NCBI GenBank assembly: GCA_945859975.1
Contig: CAMAPH010000008.1
Location: 16,121 to 80,120, forward strand
Length of the DNA: 64,000 nt
From: Chthonomonas calidirosea
Lineage (GTDB): Bacteria > Armatimonadota > Fimbriimonadia > Fimbriimonadales > Fimbriimonadaceae
Reading direction: 5' to 3'
A model generated the notes under the pieces. It was not told the DNA's origin. It made no database searches and was given only the letters and a program-made list of their open reading frames with translations. The translations under genes were made by a program, and so were the position numbers. This document shows positions 52,775 to 62,811 of this stretch, piece after piece. Each line of letters begins with the position of its first letter. Position 1 is the stretch's first letter.

Positions 52775-53983
52775 ATGTTTCCGGATCACGATATGGATGT
52801 CGCGACCATTCTCGCCCACTTAGGAGAGCAACCCAAGAATCAGGGCGCGGTCGTGCCCCCGATCTTTCAAAACTCGCTGTTCACCTTCGAAAGCACCGAT
52901 GACCTGCTGCACGCCTTGGAACAGAAGCCGCTAGGTCCTCCCCACCACTACAGCCGTTTGAGCAATCCGACGCTCAGCGTCATCGAGCAGAAAATTGCAG
53001 CCCTGGAAGGTGCAGAAGCATGTAAGGTGACTGGCTGCGGGATGGCTGCAATCACAGCTGCCGTGACCCACTTCCTCAAGGCTGGATGTCACGTTGTCTG
53101 CCCAGACACGGCGTACGGCCCTGTGCGCAGACTCCTGTCCGAGTTCATGGCGCGATTCAACGTGTCGGTAACTTACGTCTCGGGCATGTCCACCGACGAA
53201 GTGGTGGCCGCATGTCGTCCAGAAACGACGTTGATCTACTTGGAGAGTCCAACTTCCGCGCTGTTCCGATTGCAAGATCTCCCGGCAATCACAGCGTATG
53301 CACGTGCAAACGGAATCAACACGGTCATCGACAACACGTACGCCACTCCCCTTTTGCTGAATCCGATCAAGCTTGGCGTGGACGTCGTCTGCCACAGTGC
53401 AACAAAATATATGTCAGGGCATAGCGACCTCACCGCAGGCGCAATTGTCGGAAGCGAGAAGCTCATCTATGACATCACGATGAACGAGGTGAACATGATG
53501 GGGAACATCTTGCATCCGTTCTCCGCGTGGCTCCTACTTCGTGGCATCCGGACCTTGGCCGCCAGACTTCCCTTGCACGCGAAAACAGCCGACGAGATCT
53601 CGAACTGGCTCGAAGGGCATCCATCTGTTGCGAAGGTGCACCACATATCTCTTGACTCGTATCCGCAGCGTGACCTCTACCAGAAGATGTTCAAGGGCTC
53701 GGGCGGCCTCTTCTCGTTCGAACCCGTTGACCAATCTCGCGAGGGCGTGCTTGCATTCTGCGATGCCCTTCAGGTGTTCCAGCGTGGAATCAGTTGGGGT
53801 GGATTCGAGAGTCTTGTTGTTCCACTCAAGACATCTCCGGCAGACTACGAAACTCCGCGATGGGTGATTCGGCTGTTCTGTGGCCTAGAAGGGGTTAACG
53901 ACCTGAAAGCCGACATTAGCCAGGCGTTCGAGCGTGCCAGCTTGGTACAAGGCACGCAACCGTCACAGGTCACGCACGCCTAA
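52775..53983 (+). CDS. Cys/Met metabolism PLP enzyme (cystathionine gamma-synthase / methionine gamma-lyase family)
   Basis: YSRLSNPT, GMAAI, ESP, DNTYATP, HSATKYMSGHSD, SWGGFESL. Confidence 0.92.
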   Translation: MFPDHDMDVATILAHLGEQPKNQGAVVPPIFQNSLFTFESTDDLLHALEQKPLGPPHHYSRLSNPTLSVIEQKIAALEGAEACKVTGCGMAAITAAVTHFLKAGCHVVCPDTAYGPVRRLLSEFMARFNVSVTYVSGMSTDEVVAACRPETTLIYLESPTSALFRLQDLPAITAYARANGINTVIDNTYATPLLLNPIKLGVDVVCHSATKYMSGHSDLTAGAIVGSEKLIYDITMNEVNMMGNILHPFSAWLLLRGIRTLAARLPLHAKTADEISNWLEGHPSVAKVHHISLDSYPQRDLYQKMFKGSGGLFSFEPVDQSREGVLAFCDALQVFQRGISWGGFESLVVPLKTSPADYETPRWVIRLFCGLEGVNDLKADISQAFERASLVQGTQPSQVTHA

Positions 53984-54594
53984 GATTTATCGGTTGCTGG
54001 ATTCTTTCCGAAATACATCGGAAGGTTCAAGTCTTTCAGGGACTCCCACGGAAAACCTGCCGGATCGCTCTTGCGCCCGGCAGGCACAGCGATAAACTCG
54101 TGGCTGACAATCTGTTTCAGAGGAAAACGTCGCTTTAGCCCGGCGATAATCCACTTCAGCACCTGGAGTTGCTCCTTAGGATACGGCTGCTTTCCGTCGT
54201 TCAGATTCACAAGCTCTATGCCAATAGAGTAATGATTAAGGTTGGTGCGTCCGTTCGGGTCAACGCTAACTCCAGCATGCCAAGCCCGATCAAAAGTGCT
54301 CACGTGCATAACGTACGAACCATCCCGACCGATGGTGAAATGCGCGCTGACTTGGCTCGATTCCCGCAAGAACGCGTTCGTTGTCTGTTCGAGGGTAGGA
54401 ATGACGGTGCTGTGAACTACAACGGTATCAACGATTGCACCCTCTGGCCGCGGGCCAAAGTTCGGCGACTGAATCCACAGGAACTTGGCGAAACCAGGAT
54501 CCTTCCACGGGCTCGGCATTGGGTCTCGCGGATCTGATGGCAAGCCGGATTGCAGCGAAAGGACGACGGAAGCAACGATGCCCAGCGAGTGCAT
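53980..54594 (-). CDS. N-acetylmuramoyl-L-alanine amidase (AmpD/Amidase_2)
   Basis: SPNF..R, VVHST, VSAHF, RAWHAG.S, N..SIGIEL, H..IA...RK.DP. Confidence 0.92.
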   Translation of the reverse strand: MHSLGIVASVVLSLQSGLPSDPRDPMPSPWKDPGFAKFLWIQSPNFGPRPEGAIVDTVVVHSTVIPTLEQTTNAFLRESSQVSAHFTIGRDGSYVMHVSTFDRAWHAGVSVDPNGRTNLNHYSIGIELVNLNDGKQPYPKEQLQVLKWIIAGLKRRFPLKQIVSHEFIAVPAGRKSDPAGFPWESLKDLNLPMYFGKNPATDKS

Positions 54595-54630
54595 GGCGGC
54601 GGTTTACCCGATGGGCTGCCAAGACGGGAG

Positions 54631-56355
54631 CTACGCCGACTCGGGCGAAACCAACGCTTCCCGGTGCAAAACGACAAGCCAGAGAAGAAATCCAGCAATG
54701 AGCGAATCATAGAGCTTGGGCTCACTTGCGGGTAGGAGCAGGCCCGCGACCAGGACAAAGCTCGTTGTTTTCACGAGTAGCGAGTTCTGAATGGTCCGCT
54801 TTAGCTGGCGGAAATAGAAGCGATCTCCCAGAATCGCTAAGAAGATGCAAAGCCCGACGGCGAACCAAAACGCGGGATCACGCAGGCCGAACCCGTACCA
54901 CCACAGATTCACCGCGGGAATGTCCCAGAAGGTCACGAATCGATCTTGTGGCGCAAACGTAACGGCATGTCGCAGACCATTCACGGCGCCGCAGCCAAAG
55001 ATCGCACCTGCCACGAGCCAATTGGGTACCCATCGTTCTCCGACGATTACTGCCCAAATTGGAGCGCACAGCACAACGATGCCTGCTGCGGCACACCACC
55101 CAGGTTTCACCAAACCGATGCCGAACGCCGCGGCTAGCAGCAGCCTGGAGCCCCATGCCCAGAGAGTCGGTTTTCCGGCGCTGATTGAGGCGATTCCAAT
55201 TAAACTCAGCATCCAAGCGCCAACCCACATTCCAGCGAGTGGTCGATCCGTATCATGGAACACGCTCGAAAGCGCGCTCCAAGACGGTTCGCCCAGCGAG
55301 AGTGCGACCACGTTGATCCCGAAAAGGACGGAGATATGAGATATTGCTCCATTTGATGGGAGAACAAGCTTTCCAATCAATGGTCCAAGTAAGACCAACA
55401 CAACGATTAGCGGCGGAACGCAAAGCCAAAGCAGCTCCGGTCCAAGATATCGAGCGGCAGTGCCCGACAGAGAAAGGCACGCAGGCAAAACAAGGAGCGC
55501 ATCAAGGCCAGTTCGCGCGAACGCCGAATTCCGCTCTTGGGAGATGCACCAAGTTGCGATTCCGACGATAACAGTGAATAATGCTGCGACCACGCACAGC
55601 CCGAAACTGAACCCAAGGGACTCGCCACCCCATCGCCGCGCAACTTCCCCACGATTTAGGCTCGTAAAAGTGAATCGTTTCGGAACGGCAAGCAACGCCC
55701 CTATCTCGGTGAGAGCCAACGTACCGGCAATTCGAAATTTGTTTGATCGTGGCGTTCCTATCGGCCAGCCTTCTCCGAGAAGCCAAACGTGGGACAGCAT
55801 CCGAGCAGGCTCATCTGACCACTCGAGCACCAGAATCCGTCCTTTCGTACGCTTGCGAACCGCCGCAACTTCGTCCCAATGCCGAGCCTCCGTGACGTAG
55901 AGAGCGTTTTCCTCGAGCCGCTGCGCTGGGGGAAGCACATTAACAAGATCGGAGTTTGGCGAAATTGCGGCGATCAGCGCGAGGCGAGAGGCTCCACCTG
56001 CTGGGTTTCCAAGAACTTCAAAATACCGGCCATCAAGGTTTTTCTGAAGTTGGATGGCAATACCGCGATTGACGAAGCTAACATGCTCGCCATAAACCCA
56101 ATTTGTGTCGATGCTCGAAACAGTCAGCTCAGATTCCGTAATCCTCCAATCCTGGCCCGTGGTTACTGACAGAACGGGCCAGAGAACGTCGCGGGCCTCG
56201 CGTTGCGGCCACTTCACCCAGAGGGAATGATCATCAATTTGTTCTGGGATCGCTGGACCGGCGTACTTCGTTTTGATGAACACGAGTACCGATGCGGGTT
56301 CGGCCGCACAAACTTGACTGAGAACAACGAGGATCAGCAGCCAAAGCCAACGCAT
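54631..56355 (-). CDS. Multi-pass membrane hypothetical protein
   Basis: Signal peptide, soluble N-half, many TM segments in the C-half. Confidence 0.7.
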   Translation of the reverse strand: MRWLWLLILVVLSQVCAAEPASVLVFIKTKYAGPAIPEQIDDHSLWVKWPQREARDVLWPVLSVTTGQDWRITESELTVSSIDTNWVYGEHVSFVNRGIAIQLQKNLDGRYFEVLGNPAGGASRLALIAAISPNSDLVNVLPPAQRLEENALYVTEARHWDEVAAVRKRTKGRILVLEWSDEPARMLSHVWLLGEGWPIGTPRSNKFRIAGTLALTEIGALLAVPKRFTFTSLNRGEVARRWGGESLGFSFGLCVVAALFTVIVGIATWCISQERNSAFARTGLDALLVLPACLSLSGTAARYLGPELLWLCVPPLIVVLVLLGPLIGKLVLPSNGAISHISVLFGINVVALSLGEPSWSALSSVFHDTDRPLAGMWVGAWMLSLIGIASISAGKPTLWAWGSRLLLAAAFGIGLVKPGWCAAAGIVVLCAPIWAVIVGERWVPNWLVAGAIFGCGAVNGLRHAVTFAPQDRFVTFWDIPAVNLWWYGFGLRDPAFWFAVGLCIFLAILGDRFYFRQLKRTIQNSLLVKTTSFVLVAGLLLPASEPKLYDSLIAGFLLWLVVLHREALVSPESA

Positions 56356-57290
56356 TACTTCTCCAAGTGAGGTAACGCCGCAGCAAGGATCTGTTCGGCG
56401 GGCACGCTCGAAATCTGGCCATCGGGCGCAGCAATCACCGTATGAGGCTCGTATCTATGGCCCCACTTGAGATGGGGTGTCGGGCCAAAGACGGTGACAG
56501 TTGGACAATTCACCGCTGCGGCCATGTGCATCAATCCGGTGTCACTGCCAATCATTACTTTGAGGTGCTTGAGAGACGACATCGTTTCACGGATCGATGT
56601 CTTACCTACAAGGTTAATGGGTTCAAAGGTCAGCTTTGATAAGAAGTCGGCAAGGAACTTCTCCTCATCTGGTCCGCCGAAAAGGGCAACGCGATGACCG
56701 TCGCGATGAAGACGATTCGCAATCTCTGCGGAGGTTTCGATCGGAATCTGTTTCTGGCCAAACCGGGCGCCAGGTTGAAGGCCAACAGTGGCACCGTCAA
56801 CGAGTGGCCGCACGCTCAACATTTCTTGTTCGGAAACCGAGAGGTGCGGATGCGAGAACTCATACGGTATCCGAAGTTTTTCCAGCAAGTCAAAGCAGGA
56901 TTGAGTTTCGTAATCGTCGTGACCATAAGCAACGGGATGGCTCAGCATCGGGCCACGAAACTCTTGTGCATGACCGACGCGAACACGAATCCCAGCTAGG
57001 AGTGCTGTCAGCGCAGATCGAAAGCTGTGATTGACGATGACCGCAACTTGAAATCGCTCTTGTCGAAGGTAGATCGCCTCGGCAAATACTTCATTTGGTT
57101 TCCGAACTTTCTTGCTGCGTATGAATGTTCGCTTTGCAGTTGGATGCGCGAGAATCTGCTCGACAACCCCCATGGTCAGGCAAGTGACCGAGCTAAACTG
57201 CGCCTCGAGCGCCGGCAATACCGGCGAGGCCATAACGGCGTCGCCTAGATATGACTTGAAGCTGACAAGTACCCGCTCATAAGACGCCAA
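56355..57290 (-). CDS. Glycosyltransferase family 9 (heptosyltransferase-like)
   Basis: YLGDAVM..P, SFRSA, NLVGKTS, DTGLMHMAAA, FGPT. Confidence 0.9.
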   Translation of the reverse strand: MASYERVLVSFKSYLGDAVMASPVLPALEAQFSSVTCLTMGVVEQILAHPTAKRTFIRSKKVRKPNEVFAEAIYLRQERFQVAVIVNHSFRSALTALLAGIRVRVGHAQEFRGPMLSHPVAYGHDDYETQSCFDLLEKLRIPYEFSHPHLSVSEQEMLSVRPLVDGATVGLQPGARFGQKQIPIETSAEIANRLHRDGHRVALFGGPDEEKFLADFLSKLTFEPINLVGKTSIRETMSSLKHLKVMIGSDTGLMHMAAAVNCPTVTVFGPTPHLKWGHRYEPHTVIAAPDGQISSVPAEQILAAALPHLEK

Positions 57291-58290
57291 AGAGTGCCTC
57301 CTTTGCGGTCGAAACCGTAATGTCCGCCACTGTGCCTTCCGCTGTCGAGACTAACGGGAGCACGTTTCCGTAAGGCGGCGTCCAGAGTCGATGAATTCCG
57401 TGACGAAACAGCGCCACTACGGGCTGATCAAATGCTGAAGCCAAGTGCATGATCCCGTTATCCAGCGTAAAGACGGCCTTTACTCGGGACAATGCGCCGG
57501 CTACTTGGGGCAATGTGAGCATCCCGCGAAGGTCTGCGACGAGGCCCTCCGAAACGACAGCGTCCTCGTCTGACAAGCCCTTCCAGTACTGCCCTTGCGA
57601 CTTCGGCTTTGCGCCAATCAAACCAACCGTGACTCCACGCGCCTTCAAGTCACTTAAGAGTTCGACCCAAGACGAAACGGGCCAAAGCTTTTCGGGCAAA
57701 CTCGCGCTCATGGCGATTAACACATCGGGCAAGTCTTGGCCAGGATCTTCGGAGTGAACCTTGTACCGTGGAACTTCCCCATCGCAGTACGCCAGCCGAC
57801 AGAAGAGCTCCCCAATGAACCCAGTCTCAAGGAATGGATAGTCTATAGGCAGTGACTCTCGAATCCACTCACGATCTTCCCAGAGAGAGCCGCGCAGATT
57901 CTGTTCGAAGGCAAAGCGGCCCCGCGATTCTGCGTCAATGCACGGGCCGGTAACATGCCCCTTCTTCCCTGCTAGTATGGGGACCAGCATTCGTGCCCAG
58001 TCGTTGCTCTCAACATTAATCACCCAATCAAACGGCGGCAATGACAGTGCATGGGCCATGGCATCGCGCGGCTCCGCACCCAAAAAGCTGACACCAGACG
58101 AAATCGATGCATCGTTGCGCCAAAGTTCTGCTGAGCGGTTGCCAGAAAAATACACAAGATCCGCGCATGGGTGCTTTGCACGAAGCATTTGCAGTAGCGG
58201 CGTGATTACGACCGAATTACCAAGGGCATCGTTCGAGACCACCGCAATTCTCGGTGCATCGCCAAGCGTTTCTCCCTCAAAACGTATCAC
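57277..58290 (-). CDS. Glycosyltransferase family 9
   Basis: ALGN.V..TP, K.WP...W, DLRG.LTL, DNGIMHLA. Confidence 0.87.
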   Translation of the reverse strand: MIRFEGETLGDAPRIAVVSNDALGNSVVITPLLQMLRAKHPCADLVYFSGNRSAELWRNDASISSGVSFLGAEPRDAMAHALSLPPFDWVINVESNDWARMLVPILAGKKGHVTGPCIDAESRGRFAFEQNLRGSLWEDREWIRESLPIDYPFLETGFIGELFCRLAYCDGEVPRYKVHSEDPGQDLPDVLIAMSASLPEKLWPVSSWVELLSDLKARGVTVGLIGAKPKSQGQYWKGLSDEDAVVSEGLVADLRGMLTLPQVAGALSRVKAVFTLDNGIMHLASAFDQPVVALFRHGIHRLWTPPYGNVLPLVSTAEGTVADITVSTAKEALFGVL

Positions 58291-58379
58291 GCCAGTGGTT
58301 TTACCCGCACATCAGGTTCGGTTCCCGTCGGAAGGATTGGCGGTAAATTGTGTGATGGCGGGCCTGTGAGCCAACAACA

Positions 58380-59270
58380 ATGAGCGTTTTTGTCGGGTTG
58401 GATTGCGGTGGATCTTCTAGCCGTGTGATTGCAGTTGACGGGAACGGTGCGGTCCTATTCCAAGGTCAGTCCGGTGCGGCTAATTTATCGACAACCCCAG
58501 AAAAACGCTTGATGAGGAACCTAACGCAGGCCACAAAGGGCTGTCCTTCGGCCACCTATGTCTGTGGATGCTTTGCGGGGCTCATTGGACCGGAAACCAA
58601 GGAACGTGGTGAGGCTACATTACAGCACCTGTTTCCCGAGGCTTCAGTACGTGCCGAACCTGATTTCACCGCGGCCCTTTATGCCGCCCCAGCAACCACA
58701 GATATCCTGATCATCTCTGGAACAGGCTCTCTCATCTGCAGCCGAACCGCTCATGGAATTGTAAAATCTGGCGGTCGGGGCTACGTTTTGGGAGACCAAG
58801 GAAGTGGTTATCAGTTCGGCCGAGATGTTCTAGTGAATTATCTCGATAACCCGGACGAAGCCAGCGAAGCCCTGAAGCAAGCCCTTCTTCAGCAATTTGG
58901 CGGTCTAGCGGAGAACACGATTGTTCCGAAAGTTTACGGCTCGGGCGCACCAGCAACCACACTTGCCAGGCTTGCAAAGTTCATTGGCCAGGATGCAAAT
59001 AAAGATCGACCGTACGCGATCCAAAGTATCGACCGAAATTTGGGCGCTCTCATCGATGTGCTGGAGCATCACATTCGAAAGCACTTTCCGGACCAATCAA
59101 AACTTGAAATTGTCCTGAGCGGCGGCGTATGGAAAAGCGCGCAAATCTTTCGTCAGCGACTGATACAGTTGCTCGAGGCCCGCTTCCCCTCACATGTCTT
59201 TGCTGTAAACCGTATTACTCAGCCGCCGCTATACGGCGCTGTTGAGCTCGCGAAGGAAATGCTGGCCTAG
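58380..59270 (+). CDS. BadF-type ATPase, N-acetylglucosamine/N-acetylmuramate kinase-like
   Basis: GLDCGGS, ISGTGS, GG.GY.LGD.GSG; adjacent to murQ. Confidence 0.85.
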   Translation: MSVFVGLDCGGSSSRVIAVDGNGAVLFQGQSGAANLSTTPEKRLMRNLTQATKGCPSATYVCGCFAGLIGPETKERGEATLQHLFPEASVRAEPDFTAALYAAPATTDILIISGTGSLICSRTAHGIVKSGGRGYVLGDQGSGYQFGRDVLVNYLDNPDEASEALKQALLQQFGGLAENTIVPKVYGSGAPATTLARLAKFIGQDANKDRPYAIQSIDRNLGALIDVLEHHIRKHFPDQSKLEIVLSGGVWKSAQIFRQRLIQLLEARFPSHVFAVNRITQPPLYGAVELAKEMLA

Positions 59271-59308
59271 AAAGGGCACACTGTTAGCTGCAGGAGAAAG
59301 GAAAACAA

Positions 59309-60127
59309 TTGGGAACAGAAAACCGCAATCCACGTTCATACGGCCTCGACACGATGTCGGCCAACCAAATTGTTCGCTTGATGAACGAGGAAGAGATGGC
59401 TGTGATGCGGTGCCTTCAGCTGGCAGAGGAGGCCATTGCCGTTGCCGCAACCAAAGCCGCGGAAGCCTTCCAGAATGGCGGACGAGTGTTCTACGTAGGC
59501 GCCGGAACCTCGGGCCGGATGGCGACCATGGACGCAGCGGAGATGCCGCCGACCTTTGGAATTGAACCGGGCCACTTTATCGCGATTATTGCCGGCGGTT
59601 CCAGCGCCGGGCAAACGGCGATCGAGGATGCCGAGGACGATACTCATGCCAGTACGGTCGCCTTGAACGAATACGGGATTACCAAGTCCGACATCGTGAT
59701 CGGCATTGCCGCAAGCGGCTCGACCCCGTTTGTCGTCTCGGCCGTTCGGCATGCACGGCAGAAGGGTGTTTGGACCTGTGGGATCTCAAACAACCAAAAG
59801 ACGCCGCTCCTCGAAGCTGCGGATCATCCGATTCTCTTGGACACCGGACCGGAGGTTCTGACCGGATCCACCCGCCTAAAGGCAGGTACCAGCCAGAAGT
59901 TGGTTCTGAACCGAATTTCGACCGCCGCCATGGTACTGAGTGGAAAGGTGATCGAAAACCTAATGGTGGACGTTAAAGCGAAGAATTCTAAGCTTAAGGA
60001 GCGCTGCATCCGGATCGTGCGAGAGCTTGCCCCGGTGACGAAGGATGAAGCGCTCGAAGCGCTTGAACAGAATCGTTGGAACGTGCGACAGGCCCTTGGC
60101 GCCCTCAACGCGATTCGGTCTCGATAG
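59309..60127 (+). CDS. murQ: N-acetylmuramic acid 6-phosphate etherase
   Basis: TE.RNP, GAGTSGR, DA.E.PPTFG, AED, TGPEVLTGSTRLKAGT.QK, NLMVDV. Confidence 0.95.
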   Translation: MGTENRNPRSYGLDTMSANQIVRLMNEEEMAVMRCLQLAEEAIAVAATKAAEAFQNGGRVFYVGAGTSGRMATMDAAEMPPTFGIEPGHFIAIIAGGSSAGQTAIEDAEDDTHASTVALNEYGITKSDIVIGIAASGSTPFVVSAVRHARQKGVWTCGISNNQKTPLLEAADHPILLDTGPEVLTGSTRLKAGTSQKLVLNRISTAAMVLSGKVIENLMVDVKAKNSKLKERCIRIVRELAPVTKDEALEALEQNRWNVRQALGALNAIRSR

Positions 60128-60129
60128 AC

Positions 60130-60579
60130 CTACGCCAGTACCGATTCCAGCATCCAATCCGACTTTTCCAAGCTGTGCAACTGCGAGTGAATCATGTCGG
60201 CAGAAACGGCGTCCTCGTCTTCAAGCGGTCCTAGGCGAGTTCGTACGCCTTTGACCACTTCCGCGATTCGAGCGATCACGATTTCCACCGCAAGGTCGTC
60301 CTCAAGCTTTCCGTCCGGTAGCGCGTCTGCTCCATCTGTAAGAGCGACCAATCGAACATCGCCGTTTGGAAACTCGCCGAGTTGCCGAATTCGTTCGGCG
60401 GTGTCATCAATCGCCGTTTGTAGCTCGCCAAACACTTGATCTAGAAATGGATGCACGCTCAGAAACTTCGGCCCGACGACGTTCCAGTGCGCTTGTTTAA
60501 CCTGCGAACTGAGGAGTAGGTAGCTTTGCAGGTTCAACTGCAAAGCACCGGTGATGTTTTGCGCACTTGATAGGGGCAT
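60130..60579 (-). CDS. dps: Dps/ferritin-like DNA protection protein
   Basis: KQAHWNVVG..F...H, D..AERI..LG, EK..WML. Confidence 0.9.
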   Translation of the reverse strand: MPLSSAQNITGALQLNLQSYLLLSSQVKQAHWNVVGPKFLSVHPFLDQVFGELQTAIDDTAERIRQLGEFPNGDVRLVALTDGADALPDGKLEDDLAVEIVIARIAEVVKGVRTRLGPLEDEDAVSADMIHSQLHSLEKSDWMLESVLA

Positions 60580-60592
60580 ACCCCTGCGTACG

Positions 60593-61324
60593 TCAGTTTT
60601 CGATAACTTGACCAAAAGAATCGGTCATCGGCTGGCTCAGGAAGAAGTCTTTGTAAACGATAGCAAGGCATATGCAAAGTACGGGCAAGCCAACGACGAC
60701 GCCGATGCAGAAGGACTGACTGACGGAGAAGATGAGCGTTGTGAGGAAGAAGTACCCGGCGGCTTTCCAGATATGTGGCTTGAGGGTTTCCCAGCTTTTG
60801 CCCATGGCTTCAAACACGCCGAGTCGCTGCTCAACGATCAATGGATAAGTGAGCATGAACGCGCCTGACGCCAAGAACCCAGGGACGCAACAGGCGATAT
60901 AGCCGAGGGATGTGAGGATGCCGATGGAGATCGCCGCACCAATCACTTTGCCTACGGTTCCATCAAACTTGAACGCATCTGAAACCTGAATCGGAAGGCC
61001 GTTCAGGTCTCGAACCGCCATGCGCATAATGCCGGCGATTTGCCATGCGATCACGAAGTACATGAGGAACATGGAGCCGTACTGCAATGCGAGAGCTGGG
61101 CCGAGTTGGGCAAGGTCATTGCTGCCAGAAAGGCCCGACATGAATGAGGCACCAAATGAGATCGCGAAGTAGACCACCAGCGCTACAAGCGACGGGATGG
61201 AGGCTGGAACATAGGTTTTCCAGTTTCGGGCGAAGATTTGGAATGCTTCACCGATTGCATCAAACCGGATCTCAGGGTTATTGAAACGCGGATACTGGGT
61301 GTAGGTTGGTGGCGGGGTCAGCAT
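60593..61324 (-). CDS. Integral membrane hypothetical protein
   Basis: Several TM segments; CCVPG, G.FEAM..SW pattern. Confidence 0.75.
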   Translation of the reverse strand: MLTPPPTYTQYPRFNNPEIRFDAIGEAFQIFARNWKTYVPASIPSLVALVVYFAISFGASFMSGLSGSNDLAQLGPALALQYGSMFLMYFVIAWQIAGIMRMAVRDLNGLPIQVSDAFKFDGTVGKVIGAAISIGILTSLGYIACCVPGFLASGAFMLTYPLIVEQRLGVFEAMGKSWETLKPHIWKAAGYFFLTTLIFSVSQSFCIGVVVGLPVLCICLAIVYKDFFLSQPMTDSFGQVIEN

Positions 61325-61375
61325 TGCTATTCGTTGTACTTTAATCTGGCCTAGATTAAAGTTGAGGCTAAAGGA

Positions 61376-61708
61376 TCAGACGGCTACGTAGGCCCAAACG
61401 GACTCGCCGTTGGAGGTTTTTGCTTCAGTTCGACGATAATCGGGGACTTCGTAATCGTCGGCGGCTTGGAGTTCTGCTTCGGTGAGATCAAGCAGGTGAC
61501 CTTCGATTGGGCTTGCCTCGGCGTCGGGCACAAGGATGCGGTGGGTGCTTTTGCCGCTGAGAGAGACGACGAGTTCGTTTTCGATCTCGATAGTCGTAAG
61601 CGCGTAGCCTAGGAGTCGGGCGGGACGCATAGGAACCTTGCGGCCGAAGAGTGCTTGCTGCACATGTTCGAGCCCCAAGGTTCCATAGATGAACAGTGGT
61701 CGTTCTAA
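61376..61708 (-). CDS. Gamma-glutamylcyclotransferase family protein (start anomalous)
   Basis: LFIYGTL upstream of the first canonical start; EL..AD.YE..DYRR, WAYV. Confidence 0.7.
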   Translation of the reverse strand, partial: LERPLFIYGTLGLEHVQQALFGRKVPMRPARLLGYALTTIEIENELVVSLSGKSTHRILVPDAEASPIEGHLLDLTEAELQAADDYEVPDYRRTEAKTSNGESVWAYVAV

Positions 61709-61730
61709 CGGTACGGCGAGGTTACCGAAC

Positions 61731-62186
61731 CTAGGGGACGGAGAAGGTAGTCGTTTGCGAGGTTAGGAGCGAACCAGTATCGCCGAAAACGTTGTGCTTG
61801 ATGGTGATCTTCTTGAAGTCAAGCGTCATGGTCTGTCGAATATTGCCTTCACCAGCTTGGCCAGATTCGGTGTGACTGCTGATGGTCACACTCTCTAGGG
61901 TCATTTCGATGATCTTCAGCGGGCCCTTGCCGAAACCGGTGACGGATCCTACAATGATGACCTTGTTCAATATTACTCCGAGCAAGTGCTTCTCCAAGAG
62001 GAGAATGCTGCCGAGTTGGAGGTCGTAGCTGATGTCCACAGAAGCGAGACTTACTGGCTTTACACCTTGCGAACCCCAGGACTGAGATTGAAGAACGAAC
62101 CAGTCCCTGAATCCTTCGGCCCGGCTTGAACCTTTGATTTGGCTGACGGCAGACCCGTCTGCTTGAACGAACATGTAGTAATTCAT
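61731..62186 (-). CDS. Hcp-like (type VI secretion tube) protein
   Basis: IKG.S...G..DW..L.S.SWG, L..V.ISS, T.TLDF.KI pattern of the Hcp1 family. Confidence 0.75.
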   Translation of the reverse strand: MNYYMFVQADGSAVSQIKGSSRAEGFRDWFVLQSQSWGSQGVKPVSLASVDISYDLQLGSILLLEKHLLGVILNKVIIVGSVTGFGKGPLKIIEMTLESVTISSHTESGQAGEGNIRQTMTLDFKKITIKHNVFGDTGSLLTSQTTTFSVP

Positions 62187-62194
62187 TTTGTTTC

Positions 62195-62743
62195 TTAAGG
62201 TTGAATTGCGATTTCTCTTAGATTCAAGTTGTAGGAGGTGCCACCGCCGGTTTGGCTGGTGACGAAGACGGTGCCGCGGGTTAGGGCGGCTTCTAGTTCG
62301 CCGCTGAGGGTTTCTAGAGGGGTTCGGTAGGACCACACGTTGGTGTAGGGGTCGTAGAGTTCGACGCTGGAGAGGTTCGTCGGGCTTTTGCCGCCTAGGA
62401 CGAGGACTTGGTCACCGGGGAGGGCTACCGTGGCGTGGTAGGCGCGGGGGGTGTTCATGGGGGCGGCGAAGTAGGAGTTGCCGGTGGTTGGGTCTAGGAT
62501 GAGGGCGGTGGAGACGGCTCGGGCTCGGGGGCCTTTGCCAAGGATTCCGCCGGTGACTAGGAGGAGGCCGTTTGAGAAGGCGGTGATGCGGTGGCCGGGG
62601 TTTAGGCGGGGCATCGGGACGGCTTCGGCTCGTTCTGGGATGGCGGCCCAGCCTAGTTTGGGGAGGAGCACGGTGCCGACGGTTGCGGCAGAGGCGGCTA
62701 GGAACAGTTTTCGCCGGGAGACCGTGTTGTCGTGCGGTTGCAT
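62195..62743 (-). CDS. Tat-signal Kelch-repeat protein
   Basis: SRRKLF twin-arginine; R..H....NG.LLVTGG, PMNTPRAYH....L.G..VLVLGG, VELYDP..N.W. Confidence 0.8.
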   Translation of the reverse strand: MQPHDNTVSRRKLFLAASAATVGTVLLPKLGWAAIPERAEAVPMPRLNPGHRITAFSNGLLLVTGGILGKGPRARAVSTALILDPTTGNSYFAAPMNTPRAYHATVALPGDQVLVLGGKSPTNLSSVELYDPYTNVWSYRTPLETLSGELEAALTRGTVFVTSQTGGGTSYNLNLREIAIQP

Positions 62744-62811
62744 GCGGTCAGCCTAGCCTCAGATGGGGCGGATGTCAACCTGGTAAACGGCTCAGGTTGC
62801 TAAAATAGGGC

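Noticed and set aside
61731..62186. Type VI secretion system locus
   Set aside because: Only a single Hcp-like gene; no sheath, baseplate or VgrG in the window
62187..62336. N-terminal 50 aa of the 201-aa ORF
   Set aside because: Alternate frame of the Kelch gene; the Hcp-like sequence begins at ATG 62186
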